Origin: Gnetum montanum
Lineage: Eukaryota; Plantae; Gnetophyta
Direction of reading: 5' to 3'
Length of the DNA: 64,000 nt
NCBI GenBank assembly: GCA_015680685.1
Contig: MNCI01003051.1
Coordinates: 381,984-445,983, forward strand
Shown here: positions 1 through 14,700 of the stretch, piece after piece
Layout of the letters: every line of letters begins with the position of its first letter
Numbering within the stretch: position 1 is the stretch's first letter
Translations under genes and position numbers: made by a program
The notes under the pieces: model-generated
Told to the model about the DNA's origin: nothing
What the model saw: the letters and a program-made list of their open reading frames with translations, nothing else
Databases searched by the model: none

Positions 1-228
1 CCTTGCATGTGGCGTGACATGGAGGTTGACAAAATACACTAACCCCCCCTCCCCATCATGCTAAACATGTTGGCCTCTCGGCCAAAATAAGCATGAAGCT
101 ATATTTGTTGGATATTTTTCTTATTATTCCTTATTGTAAGAAATAAGTAACATGGTTAATTGCTAAAAATATTGCATTATTTTTCTGAGAAAATTAAGTA
201 ATCTTTGGATGTTTTTATGCACTCATGT

Positions 229-874
229 ATCATCATCATCATGTTAGCCTTGTTCCAACAAGATGGGGTTGGCTACATGAGTTCTTTTTCACTATTTGAC
301 TTTATGAATAGCTAAATATTTGTTTATTTGTAGTCTCTTCAAATTATCTTCAATTATTTTTCCCTATCTTCTTTGGTCTCCCTTTCAGTGGCTTTCCTAG
401 AATAGTGATATAACAACCTTTGTTTATAGGCTCATTATCTGATCTTCTTTGCACACTTTCAAACAATCTAAGCCTTCATTCTTGTAGTTTATCTAAAATA
501 AATCCACTCCAAGTCTTCCTTTAATGTCTATATTATATATTTTATCTCTTCTAATAACATTCCATATTCATCAAAACATTCACATTTCTACCACACTAAT
601 TTTTTTTCATGCCTCTTTTGTATTGCCCAACATTCAACACCACATAAGATAGTATTCTTGATTGCTGTCTTGTAAAATTTTCTTTTTAATTTTGTTGTAT
701 ACTTCTATCACGTAGAACACCTTAGCCTATTTTCATTTTGAGCATCTTTCTTTGATTTTATTTCTAATATCTTTATCAATTTTCACCATCTAATTAAAGG
801 ATTGATCCTACGTAGCGATACTATTTGTAGTGAGGGACTTTTTTACCTTAAATTATTACTTCTATTTCACTATT
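229..874 (-). mobile_element. RTE-clade LINE, 3' part (RT C-terminus, 3' end with (ATG)n tail)
   Basis: Minus strand ends ...catgtagccaaccccatcttgttggaacaaggctaacatgatgatgat, typical of plant RTE 3' termini. Translation EIEVII*GKKVPHYK*YRYVGSI resembles the RTE FRYLGS motif and continues in frame from the fragment at 46874. Confidence 0.9.
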
Positions 875-1686
875 TGATGAGTAGTGAGTATACCTTATGC
901 CCAATCATATGAATCACTAGCATTCACTCAGTGATCTAGTCAAATTTTGTAGACTTTAGTTCTCTAAGTACACTAGGTTCTAGGAGGTGAAACTAACCAT
1001 TGCAATCGTTGTCTTCCCAGTTCCACTTGTGAAGTTCAAGGGTATGCTTAAGTATAATTGAGACATATGATTTTTATCATTTATCATTTAAGTCATCTAA
1101 GAAAAAGAATAAAGAATTAATTAATTTAATATTTGACTAATATAATAACTAGCTATCATGTAACTAATCCTAACATAAGCATCCATTCTCACTTGCTGTA
1201 CAGAACCTAAACACGTATAGTACTACTGGGTTATCCAATGTTAAGCATTATTGGGATTACCAAGCATTAAACGTATGCTCGAAGTGGTTTTACTATGTTC
1301 ACTATTTAATCTATTTAATTAATTGATTACTTAATTACTTAAAAACATTAAAGGAAGTTTCTTGAATATTAAATGCTTAAAGAAAATAATTATGCTAGTC
1401 CAAGTGCTACAAGGTTTGATCAAAAAGCTCATCTTTATTGCCGCACACATTGAAGTGCTCAGGTACAATAGTGTTTAAATAAAGATTCGTACATTTAGAC
1501 TCCTACTATGGGCACATAGAAAATATTCTAACTTTCAAGTGGAAAAACTGTTAAAGCTTTGCTACAACTATGAGATTTCTTATCATAAATGTAACAAGTA
1601 AGCACACATTTATAGGTGGTGCCCCATCGATGGGTACACATCAATGGGTCAAACACGTCAATGCAACCAAACCATGCAACTCCTCA
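875..1686 (-). repeat. 3' LTR of element A
   Basis: Aligns throughout with 46022-46873. Followed by tatccccacaa (minus-strand PPT TTGTGGGGATA). Confidence 0.93.
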
Positions 1687-1913
1687 TATCCCCACAATTG
1701 AAATGAAAACTTGTCTTCAAGTTTTTTACAAAATGTGGGAAGGTATGGGATTATTGACTGACTAAACAAACATACAAATATAACAAAAACTAATTGCCCA
1801 AGTGGATGGTTTTACAATCATTACAAAATTTTGGTGTTTAGGATAATAAAATTGAACACTAGGATGAAAATAACAAACACAATTCCTTTGATGGCATGAG
1901 GATTATGAAAAAG

Positions 1914-4766
1914 ATCAAATGGTCCTAAGTGGTGGAGGCTCTTAAGGCTCCAATGGGCCTTCTCCTACTTTGGGTGCATGCGGTGGTTGAGGTAGTTGTC
2001 GTTGTCCTATGACAACTGCAACTTCTAATAAAAGATAGAAGACATTTAATAGTGCCTTCATCTTCTCCTCCTTACCTTGGAGATCATTCAAATTCCATGT
2101 TTCATAACCAATGTGGGTTGAAATGGGAACATCCTATGGACAAGGCATTGTAGGTAACAACTCCTTTACATTCATGAACTAGGCAACAAACTATTTACAT
2201 TCGATGTTGAATGCTCTAAGTGCAATTTACAGCTCTTGGTAATTATTCATCATTTTGGTTGGGTTCTCAATAGTTGATCGTTGATAAGTGAACTTTGCCT
2301 TGAGAACCTTGAGTTCAGTGTTTGTAATCTAAAACTTTTGTTTGGTCTCTTTATGGTGGTTGAACTTTTCCTTGTACAAGAAGTACAAATTGACAAATTA
2401 TTTTTCCAATTCTGATTGTAGCCTTTTGGTAGTTAGCATTGCCATGATTATGTATCAGAGGTTGGTAAGCTCCATCTACTCTATCATCTCCTTAATCTAT
2501 AGCTCCTTCATGCAAATTTCAGCATTGTTATATGCATTTAGCCCATCAAAGATAGGTTATTAGAAATCCCCTCCTTGTTGGAGCTATTGGAGGGCCTCAT
2601 TTACTTTTGCCTTTGCCAATTGGATCTCTTTCTCATTAACTTATTTCTGTAGATTAACTTGATCTTTGCAATGGTTCTTGATTCTCTCAAATTTGAGGCC
2701 CTTGTTCTTCCAAGAGGCTATCTCTATTGTAGATTTTTAGAAAAACGCACAGACTTTCTCCATGGTGAGGTTTCTATTTTTTGCTACCAATCTCCTAAAT
2801 TCATTATTCATCTTGGCTAACTTCTCCTATTGTTGATGGATAAAACATGCCATCTACTGCTTCTGCACATCAACATTCTATAGGCAATGGTTCTTTGTAG
2901 TCAGAATCTCATTCTCATGAATAGTCTAAACCAAGTCCTTTTGAATATTATGCATGGTGGCATTGGCTAGGGACTAGTCAAAGACTATTATCTCCTTGGC
3001 ATCCCCAATATCTTTAAGTCTCTTTAGAAGCAATTCAAAAGCTTCATCTCATGTTAGTGCTAGGTTGAGCAATGTGGGATGAATGAGATGGACTCTTAAT
3101 TTAGCAACCTCTGTAGCCAAGGATTAGTTTTTTATTTTGGCTATTTCAAGTTGCCCCTCCATTATGATGCATTTTCCCCTTACTTCAAGCAGCTTGAACT
3201 AGGTTGCAGTGATGGTATCAAGAAGGTCAAAGACATCCATAATCAGTTTCCTAGTTCCTATTGGTTGATCTAGCAATTCCTCATGCTGGGTTACACTCAA
3301 TTTGTTGCTAACAGTTCCTACAAATGTCTGTACATCTTTGAGTGTAGAAACATCTGGTATAGCCATCGTAGATGCATTAAGTGCTTCGAAAATTCTATCG
3401 GCAACTACTTTGATTGTAGTCTCCTGGCCATAGTGCTACATCACCAAGATGATTACCTCCTCACCCTCCTCTAGATGCATTGAAAAGGTAGCAACATTCC
3501 TATGTCTTGGAATTGCTGCTATTGAGAGAGAGATACCATTATCTTTCAAGCACTAGGATTTGACCTTGCAAGCAATTGCATTCTTTGGATTGAGAAAATT
3601 GGTCCCCCATCTTCCATCTGACTTATGATTCAAGCCACTTCGCTGAGATGGCTTATTGTTGGATGGTACATAGATGGATCACTACCACTCATTCCTACTT
3701 GCTTCTACAATAGTTGCTATTAGATTTTTGTGCATGCACTCAAAGTAGCATGGGCCTCTGATATTATTTCATGAGTGGGTGGTGGAGGTGGTTGTTGCTA
3801 CTCCTCTTCTTGAATGACTTTGATAGGAACCTTCTCATTCATCATTTCTGCACTAGAGATGGTTGGAGCTTGATGGACGACATCATTCATGTAATGGATT
3901 ATGCCTCCCCTCTTACATAACTTTCTAATGAGGCACAGAAAAGGGAGTGCATTCCTTCCACATTTATTTTTTAAAAAACATTTATTTATCTCAAGATAGA
4001 TAAGCTATAGAAAGTTGATAGGAAATCTATCACTTAGAGTGGCACACACATGGGTGGAGAAGGTTGTGATCTTGCTTGGCCTCATCATTGGATTAAGGTG
4101 AAAGGCCATAATCTTAAAGTATGCATGCTTTGCCATAGTAAGTGCATAAAACTCTTTATGGTCTACTCCATAACATTGCTGTGTTCATTCTTTCTTGATG
4201 TTAGGATCTGCTTGCATTGGAATCTCCACAAGATTTGCCCTAGTTTCTAGTAATCCAAGGGCCTTGGAAATGGCTTTCACTAAATAGGACATTGAAATAT
4301 CCTTGATCTTCACTGTTGAACTGGCTTGCTGATTATTCTAGAACAAGTATGTCTTTCCCATGTACCACTCCTCACTAGAAGTGATGGTTGGCCACATGAA
4401 AGCTTTTTGCAGTTGTGCTTTGACTTTTGGAGGTGCAAAATCCAAGGAAGGTCCAAAGTTTAATTCTTGAAGTATATATTTATGGACTTCCTTGTTTGCA
4501 ATCTAGATGAGTCAGGCCTTTGACAAGGTGACCTAAAGGTTTGATCTTGATTTTGATGCCTCATCTCAGTAAGATTGTTTTGTTGTAGTTACTTCTTTAG
4601 GAATCTATTAGAAAGATTCCACTTTGAGCTTCTTCTGAAGAGGTCCCATTACATGGGTTTCAACTTCTTGCACATGGGGTTGTTCTTGGTCCCTTCCAGT
4701 TCATGGTCATTTTTCCCTTGGTTGGGATGGTCCTCTTTCTTGCACATGCTTCCCTTTAGGTGTCAT
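1914..4766 (-). pseudogene. Athila ORF2 (env-like; Transposase_32/PMD-like N-terminus plus coiled coil), decayed
   Basis: Starts ctacag|ATG ACA CCT AAA GGG (MTPKG) and ends EPPPLRTI*. Homologous to the ORF2 of E (57766-54964, ends EPPPPRTT*). Many stops. Confidence 0.7.
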
Positions 4767-5065
4767 CTGTAGTCACATCATAACCAAGGATTAGCATATA
4801 ATGTGTAACTGATAATCTTTAAGTGCCTTATCTTGTTGGGCAGTTACACTTAGGCTAAGTTATGATCATAGAAGATTGATTATTTTATTATTATTTTAAT
4901 GTTATTTCATTTAATAGGTCACTAGAGTTTATTGGAAGGGTTTAACTCTCATAATTTGATGTTTTGATGTTAGTTTCTTAGTTAAACCTTTGTGGGAGTT
5001 AGAAAAATTTCAAAAAATTTTCCATAAAAAACTTAAGGTTTGTGGCCCCCACAACAAAGAGCTTA

Positions 5066-5310
5066 CCTCTAATAGCTGTAGGGCTGAAAAACTAAGTGAA
5101 TTGAACAAATGGTTAGGAAGATATGGCTCTTGGAATGTTTTGGGTTGTGAAAAATTCAAAAACTCCCCCTCGTTTTGGCTTAAATGTGAAAAAATCACTA
5201 AGGGGCATTGCATATATATAGACTTTTGACCTTACATTAATGGGGTCTTATCGACAAGGTCACGTTGATGGGTGGGCTATGTATACGGGGTCTCATTGAC
5301 GAAGTCATTT
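5066..5310 (-). promoter_or_regulatory. Putative internal promoter and 5'UTR intron donor for ORF2 of A
   Basis: TATATATA at ~5212-5220, degraded CGTCGACG-like motifs at 5230-5305, donor AG|GTAAGC at 5066, acceptor directly before the ATG at 4766. Confidence 0.55.
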
Positions 5311-5839
5311 GAGAAAATGTTTTATAATTAATATCTCAAAAAAATACAAGGAGTTTTTACATGAAATTAAGATCCTTGAATAGCTAGAAAAGTCATGAAC
5401 ATGATGAAATGCTAGAAGAGGATTCACTAATGCACAAAAATCAAAGATTTGATTGGAAGAATGAAATTTTAATGGAGAAAAATACCGTTAAGTAGCACAC
5501 AGTTGGATGCAACTGATGGGGAATGTGAATGACTTGATTGCCCAAATGCCTAAGGATAAGAAAATTAACTAGCCCAACCAAGAGATATGCAAGTGGATCC
5601 TACCCATAGTAGGTTCATGTCCTTTTGCCCTTGCATATCCTCAAACTAAGGAGTTCATAGGTCCCACAATTGATTAATGGTTATGAAAAGTTAAGGACCT
5701 AGTTTGAAAGAATCTACCTAAAAATTTAAACATATCAAACTAAGATATTGAACAAAACATGGAAAACTAGTAGTGAGCTAAGGTCCCTTCATTTGTGTGG
5801 TCATCCCATCATCACATTGATAGTGATAACAAGAGTGGA

Positions 5840-6710
5840 TGAATTAGTGTGTGTCCCTGAAGAGTGGTGGCCAATAATACCCTACCATCAGGATCTTAAT
5901 GGTCATGCATCTTTTAGCATAGTGGCTCCCATAAGGGCCCTCATGAGCATCTTGGAGAATGTGTAGTTGGTTAGCATTAGGAATACACCAACGAATCAAG
6001 CCATCAATGCACGCCTTGTAAAGGTGTTCATTGATCTCCATGAAGCATTTGGCCTGATGAAAAAACTGTTGTTTCTTCTTGTGGTCTAACTCTCATGGCA
6101 TTTCTTGAGTAAGAAGATAAGTGAGAATGTCATCGTACCATGTAGGTTCAATAGAAACTTGTTCATTTATCACATCAGTAAAGAGGAGTTCATCAGGAAA
6201 CTAATCAGAAAGTGGGCTCTCCTCCTTTTTATTGCCCCATTGTAACCAAGACAAGTGGTTAACAACCACATTCTTGATCTTCTTTGGATCTATCATTGTG
6301 AGATTGAATTCCTACAAGATCATAAGTCATTGTATGACATGAGGGCTCATCATTGTTTTGTTCATTAGGAAGTGAATTGCACTATGGTTTGTATGCACGA
6401 AGACCTTGTCTCCAAGCAGATAACACCTAACATTCTCCAAGGCATACACCACTACCATTAGTTCTTTCTCCATTGTGGTGTAGTTGAGATGTGCATCCAT
6501 AATTCTTTGGCTCACATAGTGGATGTTGTAAGGATGTTTCTGATCATGCAACTACATGAGCACAACTCCCAAGGCATAGTTCAATGCATTTATCATGATG
6601 TAAAATGGTTTGGACCAATCAAGTGCTCATAGAATTGGAGTATTTATGAGTTTCTACTTGAGATTCTAGAATGTCCTTTTGCATTCCTTGGTCCATATGA
6701 ATATGCCTTC
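5840..6710 (-). pseudogene. pol: pol remnant of A: RT connection, RNase H and integrase zinc-binding start only
   Basis: ALDWSKPF, YTTMEKELMVVVYALENVRCYLLGDKVFVHTNHSAI, ILQDAHEGPYGSHY...GYYWPPLFRD. No RT core or integrase core seen. Confidence 0.88.
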
Positions 6711-6949
6711 AACATAGACATATGTTAAGCTCTCAATTTGTTCCATGCAAAGTGTGCTGTTGTTAGGATTAGCTGTCAACCACTGGGTTCCCTCCTATTT
6801 TGTGGTTGTTGCATATAGGTACCTTTGAATCTCTATCTTGTCTACACACTGTCTGCATGTTGTGATTGATGTACTTTTTATGGCTCATAGTTTGTGCACA
6901 TAGTTGCACCATGTGTCATTGTACATGATGCATAGAACTCTCTTCTTCT

Positions 6950-9368
6950 CAATATTTTTGAATGCATTTTCCTTGGAAATCTCCAAGGAAAGGTCTCTAA
7001 TGCCTAGCTATGCATCAATGGTACTAAGCCAAGCCTTTCCCATGATGATTGGAAAGTTCCCCTTGTAATTATCAACACAAATCACTGGGAAATTGGTAGG
7101 ATAGGACCAATCACAAATGGTGATCACAATGTGCTCCACTAGTCCCAAGGGAACAATGATGAACTGATCTTCCAACTTAAGAGGAATGTTGCTTTTCTTG
7201 AGTGAAGGTAGGTTCTAGGATTTGTACATCTCATGAGAAATCAGATTAACACCAAAACTTGAATTAAGAAGAACCTTGCATGACTCATTCCTAGTGATTT
7301 GCAAATAGATTAAGGAACTTCTAGGATCAGATCTTTTGCAAGGAAGGTGGCCAGCTTTTATTCAATTAGTTATTGCATGGGTTAGCATGATGGTATGCAC
7401 TTTGGGAGGTGTTTGGTTCGAAGGGGACTCGAATGGATTGGATGTAGGATATGAGGAAGACATAGGTTTATTAGCCACATGAGTCTATGAGAGCTTTAAA
7501 GAATTGCTAGTTCAAAAGAATAATCTTTTTTGGGATTTGGTTTCCAAACCACTCAGTTGAGGAGTTGGTTGTAAGTTAATAGCCTTCGTAGCATTTCATT
7601 ACTACAATTGAGTTGGAATCTTACCTTGCATTGATGGAGTAAGTGGTGATTGGATTAGGAGTAGAGGGTCATGCACAGAAGGATGAGGAGGATGATAAGA
7701 ATATGAGGACTACCCTCTTAGAGATGGAGATTAAGTGCTATAGTTCTTAGGAGGATAGTAGTGGATATGGGAAAATGGGTTGCTGAACATAGTATCCATA
7801 TGGATCAGGCTGTCTATAAGGGTACTGTTGCCTTGGTGGTGGCTTCCCCCATGACTGTGGGTGTTGCCATTGATCATACTGCTCAAAAGGTTGTGGTGGA
7901 GCTACACTTGGATAATAGGCTTGTTGTTGGTGGAATTGCCTAACATTGCCTGGAGGATAAGGTAATCTTTTGGGTGCTTTCCTTCTAGCCAATCTAAGAT
8001 TTAGAGCATACACCCTAGACTCCTACAAGTATGACACAATAGGGCAACATCTCTTAGGATGTTCATATTAGTAGATGTCACACCCACCATCATTATATGA
8101 TTCGGACTCCACAACCTCCTCTACTATAGTAGCCTTGCCCTTACCCCTTTGATGGGCATGTTCAGCTTCCTTCCTTCTCCTACGATCATGATCACTACTT
8201 TGCTCTTTGGATGCATCTATTATTTTTAGAGCCATTTGGAGCTTTTCATCCAAAGAGTCCCACATTTTATCTACCTTAGCCAAAATTTTTAAAATAGAGT
8301 TCTATATCGGCGAGATCTTTCATTGCACCACCTCATCAAGTGATGCCTCCTCCTCATTATCAAAGAATCAAACTTTCCTTTTTTTGATGGAAGGATCTTA
8401 GTTGTACTCCACACTTTTTATCTTTCTTAGCTCTTCTTCTTTTTTGGTAACCTTCTCAATGAGCCTTTGGATCTAATGGACTCTAAGTTCTAACAATCTC
8501 TCTTGGGAATAGGCCCCAAGAGTTCTTCTCATTTCTGAGCAGAGCCCATCCATGATATGGTAAAGCTACTCCCTTTGAGAATAACCATGGCTAGGACATC
8601 GATGCAAAACAGAATAGTACCTATCCATGGCTACATCCAAGGACTCATGTGTTTCTTGTCTCCAACCTTGGATTTGCTTTCTCAAGTTGGATACTCTAGA
8701 GTACATTTGATAATTTTCACTAAATGGCTTAAGCATTTTACTTCATCTACAGATTGATTCTAGCTCCAAGGACGAGTGCCAACTTTCAGCTTCTTTTATG
8801 AGTATCCTAGAAAATAGCTTAAGCTTCTACCATTTGTTTCTCATGTTTTTTAAGACATAGGCATCATGAAAGGCTTGTAGATGGTTTTGCAGATGTGAGT
8901 TGTATCCCACTTCAAAATTTGGGACATCATTCATATCCAACCACTTTATTTTGCTATCTTTCACATGTCTTAATGGAATTCTTGCTACCTCTATGATATG
9001 CAACATATTTCGAGTAGCAAGCAAAGTCTTATCATACTCATGACCTCTATGATGGCCATGATGCCTATGGTGCCATTTATTGATCCTTATTTTGTGGTGG
9101 AAAGCCTCCCTTGATTTCCCACATCCTTAATCTTGACTAGTTTGATGGGCCCTATGATCATGATCATCTCTATTCCATTGGTCACCTCCATCATAGTCAC
9201 ATCCTCTATGATGTTGATGGGAGCTAGAAGAGGAAGAAGAGGATAACAAAGGTGAAGAGGACTAGCACCATAGTGCTTGCCACCCCCTCTTCAGTGGTCA
9301 TGGCCACAATCATCATCATGATGCATGTACCTATCCCTACCATGACTCCCACATTTGGATTTCCCATG
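6950..9368 (-). pseudogene. gag: gag and aspartic protease remnants of A (gag 5' end continues at 45326-~45750)
   Basis: Retrotrans_gag-like VPNFEVGYNSHLQNHLQAFHD. Protease-like VLLNSSFGVNLIS...PIIMGKAWL. Confidence 0.8.
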
Positions 9369-9373
9369 ATCAT

Positions 9374-10915
9374 AGAAATAGTACCAAATCTAGACTGTGG
9401 CGTCATGGCTGCAAATTTTGGCAAAAAGTGGGAACTACGCTCAGCCCCTTTACAGAGAGTAGAGAGCATAGTCAGTTTGAGGAAAAAATATTGAAATTTT
9501 AACTAGACTTTCCCCCATGCACACCATTCTAGAGTGTAGGTAGCATAGTCATGGAAAGCATAGTCAGCAAAAGCCCAGTTTTTGCAAATTTTGCTAAGTG
9601 TTGAGACTATGTTCACCACTAGTCGGGAGCGTAGTCAACCTCCTGAGGAGAGCATAGTCTATGAAAAATCCATTTTCCTCATAGTTTTCATTGAAAGTGA
9701 GACTATGCTCTCCCCAACCCATAGTGTAGTCACCGTTTAGAAGAGCATAGTTGGCAAGGATAGTCTTAAGTAGCCTTCACAATGTAGCAACAATGCTTAG
9801 CTTAGCTCTAGAATGTAGTCAACTCACCTTCAGCAAGCATAGTTAGAAAAAGGCTTCTTTTTTGTATCCCCTTTTGTCCCAGAATTGTAACTATGCTCAA
9901 CCCCACGTGAGAGTGTGGAGAGCATAGTCCTGTAGAGCATAGTCTTTGAGTGTCATTTTTAGGTACCTTATAGTCCTCTAGGTGCACACACATGTGGTTG
10001 GAAGCATAGTCATAGTCTCACAGTCTTGTAGAGTCCAACAGAGCATAGCAATGCACAACACCATTAGCCCCATTGGTACACCACATGAATAGTAACTACA
10101 CTTAGCCATTCCATTTTCCACATGGTAGCCATCCTCGATTTCCTGCTAATCCTAAACCCATAAATACACATGCCCTCAACATTTGGGGGGGGGGGGGGGG
10201 AGGGGGGGGGAGGAGAGAAAAAGAAAGGGAACCTTTTTTTTGGTTTGGCAAGTTCAACAAGTAGTTGGTGAACAAGTGAATGGGTGAAGGGGCAGACCAC
10301 TAATAGAACATCACATCTAGTAGTACACCATGGTAGTCAACCTAGTAGACACAGATGCCTTGGTAGAACACCAATCTTCGTGACTGGATAGCCTAGGGAC
10401 TATGACTATGCTATCCACCTACACTTGTTGTACATTGCATACCTTCTAAATCCCTTTTTGGTGTTAACTATGCTCATCCCCATTTTGGGTGGTATTTTAC
10501 TTTATTTTCTCTATTTCTTTGCAATTTCTACAATTTATTTACATTTTTACCATTTTTACTGCGTAGACATGCTTGAACTACGCTCAAGTGATGGTCATCG
10601 TGTGTTCACATCATTCACCTTACTGAAACTCTTGACTATGCTTGTACCCTTTGGTGCTTGTAATTATGCTCAAACCCAATGACATTGCAAACATGACAAG
10701 TACTATAAACATCGCGTACACCCTTAGCACCATCTTACATGAGCACCATAGCTAACCACATTGCACCTCTATTGCATCTAGTAAGTCCCTGTTCGATCAA
10801 CTAGATCATCCAAGGTGCCTGTCTTTGCCTCCAATAGGCCCTCACATGGATTCGAGGTTAGGCTATGCACTTGTGGACCTCTATGTTCCATCCATCGACA
10901 TTTTTTATTGTTACA
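9374..10915 (+). repeat. 5' LTR of B
   Basis: Aligns with 43758-45320 and ends TTACA before the PBS. First base is mutated (AG for TG). Confidence 0.9.
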
Positions 10916-11700
10916 ATTTTTGGCACTAGAAGGAGGATCAAACCACATTTTTAGACTTCGTTGTGGATGTCTTGCATGCTCTTTGCATTGCAGTTGCTGA
11001 CTTTAGGCTAGCATAAACCATAACACCCTATGGACCTACTGCACACGTAGCAGTAGCTAGATCTTAGGCCAATGTAGGAATTGTCTACTAACCTATCAAT
11101 GCAGATTGAACCTCGTAGTTGGTCCCCCCAAGGTTTTGCGTAGCAACCCAAATCACACTCATTCCCACTACCTACTAAAAATCCATCATTTTCAACTAGA
11201 TCCTAGTCATCTCTAGCATAGCCAGTGTAGTTTGCTCTTCAACATAGAGAGCATAGTTAAAGTAGTCTTCTTTCCTATGTGAAGAGTGTAGTCCATGTAG
11301 TTAGTGATGTTATCTAGGACAAGGTCATTTTTAACATAGTCCACAGTGTTTCATGACTAGCAACCCTTGTAGTCCCTTCTTGCAACCTTATCTATGCTCA
11401 TGAACCTAGATTAACCTTCGATGTTAGTCTCAAACACACTTGACATCTTGCCTATCCAATAGGAGACCAGGATTAATGAATCTGGGAATATCATAATGGT
11501 AGGACCAAGGAAGTTCCTTAGGTTATGTGGTCAAGGCCCAAAATACGTTGCATTAAGTAACGAGCAGTATAACTTCATATGTGTAAAGATTCAAGCAAGG
11601 TTATTTGTAGACCACTCTAACATGGAGGAAAAAAAACTACGAGCTAATCCACTAGGATGGACTAGACTATATTCCCTTCTTATTTGATATCATCCCACTC

Positions 11701-14700
11701 ATGGAGCCCTACCATTGATTGTTAGTATAGCTCATCTGAGTAGGTGAGTGCAACATAGGAACAAACTACGAGAACCCCCTACAAGAGGAAGAGGATGAGT
11801 TCAAATCTCGCTTCAAGTAAGAGGGCTTCTTCCACATTGTCTTCCAATGAGTGATCCCTAGTCTGGCTCTTGCTCAATCTAGTTTACCCATTCTCTTTAG
11901 GATGGTCATAGTAGCAACATCACCTTTCCACTCCACCAGGCCTAGGTCAATGCCTATAATAGCAACACATTAGACATAGCACACACATTATGATGTAGAA
12001 GCTCCTCTTAACTTGCCCTTCATGGCATCATTACCACCCATTTAGTCATATCTTCCCATAGTAACCATATCATCTCAACAATATGTCCACACAAGGTCCA
12101 TCGCCAAGCCCTAAACAACTCAGGCACCCTACATCCTACCTATTTCATTAGTGCCCTTAGTGTCGACCCAACCCATGCATGCATTGCTTGCCCTAATCAC
12201 TATCCCTATAGCACAACCAATGCATCAAGCACATTGCATAATTTTGCAATCCACAACCAAGCCATGTACCACATAGCTAGTCCAATAGTAGATAACATAG
12301 TCAGCACAGCTAGCTAGAGCATCTCAAAGATTAAACCAAGCATTTCAAATGATCCAAAGCTTGATAGAAGAGGTGAAGCAACTCAAAGTTGCCTCCTTTG
12401 AAACTATTAAAGTGGTGGACTTCTACCAAGATGACCCTATAAGTCCTATGGTTCTGCCTCTAACTATTCTAGCTAGAGTCTCATTGCCTCAATTTAGCAA
12501 AAACAATGGTGAGGGAGATTCTAATGCATATCTAGTCACATTTAGGTTAGAGTGCCTACTACTTCAAGCATGGCTGCATGCCATCACACATGTGTTTGCC
12601 ATGTCACTGACTAGCAAAGCATTAGATTCATACTGTGCATTTCTCAGAGGCTCTATCTCCTCTTTGGAGGATTTCTTGAACCAATTTGTAATGCACTTCA
12701 AATACAACTTAAAGCTAGAGACAACCTTAGACCAACTAATGCAAGTCAAGCAAGGCCACCTTCAGCTTGTGCAAAAGTTCATTCAATGTTGGAGTGCCTC
12801 ACTAAATGAAATATGAGAACTAATAGTTGAAGCAAATCTCCTAGCCATTTTCAAGGTTGTAGTCAATGACTTTATAAAGTCAAAACTATATTACCTGGGC
12901 CTATAATCCCTAAGCCAAGCCTTCACTCAAACTAAAAGCATAGAAGATGCAGTAGAAGCTAGCAAGGACCCAACCTATGTGGCCTACAAGAACTAGCATG
13001 CAAGGAGAGAAAAAGATAAGGGAAAGCAAAACTTAATAGTGGCAACTATAGCCAAAGAAGCCAAAGCAATCAACCGAAGGTAAATAACTAGGTAGCCCAA
13101 AGCCTCAACTAATAACAAAGCTACCAACTCTAGCTTTAAGGCAATTGACCAACCTACATCCTTGGTGGCCACAATGCAAGTTGTTCAAAGGTCCAACTTT
13201 GAGCATAAGGATTGCTCTAAGTATACCCCATTACGACTAAAGCCTTCAGAGCTACTAGACCAACTGCTAAAAGTCGAATGCATCCAATACAAACCAATGT
13301 TGAAGGACACCCACAAAAAGCATGATAGATACTATGAGCTACTAAGAAATCCTACTTTGGCAGCACCAAATGAGCCCTTGGTCCCAAGATATTTTAGGCT
13401 AGATTGATTTTGCCATTACCACTAGTTGCTTGGCCATAGCATGGACCTTTGCCTAGCCTTGTGAGACAACCTACAAGAGATGATTGATAAAGACAAGTTG
13501 GTACTTGACACTGCAAACTTGGTCAAGCCTTAGAACTAGTCCATAAGGGTGTACAATGACCCTCTAAATGTAGATGATGTCAGTTATGTCATAATTCTAT
13601 TAGCATTGATGATGATCTAGAATCAGTGCAGTAGCCATTTGTGATCTAGGTGTCCTTTGGTAGTGCAAGGGTTCCATCAACCCCCATGGGTTTAAGGCCC
13701 CCTTTTGTTATTAGAGTACCACCTCAAGCACCCAAAACATCCTTCATAGTTAGGTTCCCCCCACAAGTTGCATCAACAACAACCATTTAGCTACCCTTCA
13801 TCATCAAAGTACCACAACATGCTAGCCCCTCACCTATTTGAAGCCTAGTAGTAGCCAACGCATTAGTCCCTTTCTTTCCAAGGGATAACCTCATTAGAAA
13901 CATTATCAGGCTCCTAAGGTGGTAATAGAGGAGACCCAATGAGCATCTTTCAAACAAAATGATTAGTCAACATCAAGACTAAAGGGTACTAGGTTCACCA
14001 AAACTATTTCCTATATTTGTGGTTACTATAGCTAAAATAATTAAAGAGGCCACAATAAGCAAATCACAAGGGAGCATTAAGGCCCTTAAGTAAGCCAAGC
14101 AAATAAAGCCTAAGTCACCTCTATGAGAAATCCATCTCTTAGGTTGCATGGAAGAAGTTAAGGCCAAAAAAAAACATGGCTAATGGAAAGGACTTCATGG
14201 ACACATTAGCTTAAGTCAAATAAGCACCTAAATAGAAAAATACAACATCAAGCTTGTACGGCCTGATCATGACCTCATTTGTCCATTGTGAAGCACTAGT
14301 GTAGATGTTGACCTCCATCCCTATTACGGAGGACATCCCTATAGATGAGACCTTCATCCATGTAGTGATGCTACCCCCTACACCATAGGAATTAAGTTCC
14401 ACATCCTTAGCATNGATGAGACCTTCATCCATGTAGTGATGCTATCCCCTACACCATAGGAATTAAGTTCCACATCCTTAGCATTTTATGATGAAGCAAT
14501 CAAGGTTAATCTTGAGAGGGGTGAGGTTATAACAGCTCCTATGTTTATTACTATATGAATTGGGCAATGCAAGATTTTTAGAGTGCAAGTTGATGATGGA
14601 GCAGTAGCAAATGTAATACCATACACTATCATGAATAAGCTAACCCTGACAAATCAAATTACACCAACAAAAACTACATGCTTTAAATCCTTCAATAGGT

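Noticed and set aside
9430-10830. Short ORFs inside Tat LTRs
   Set aside because: Not conserved in frame between the paired LTRs.
14344-14484. ~70-bp direct repeat in B gag-PR
   Set aside because: The copies are joined by a single N, and the homologous region of C has one copy. Most likely a contig-overlap artefact.
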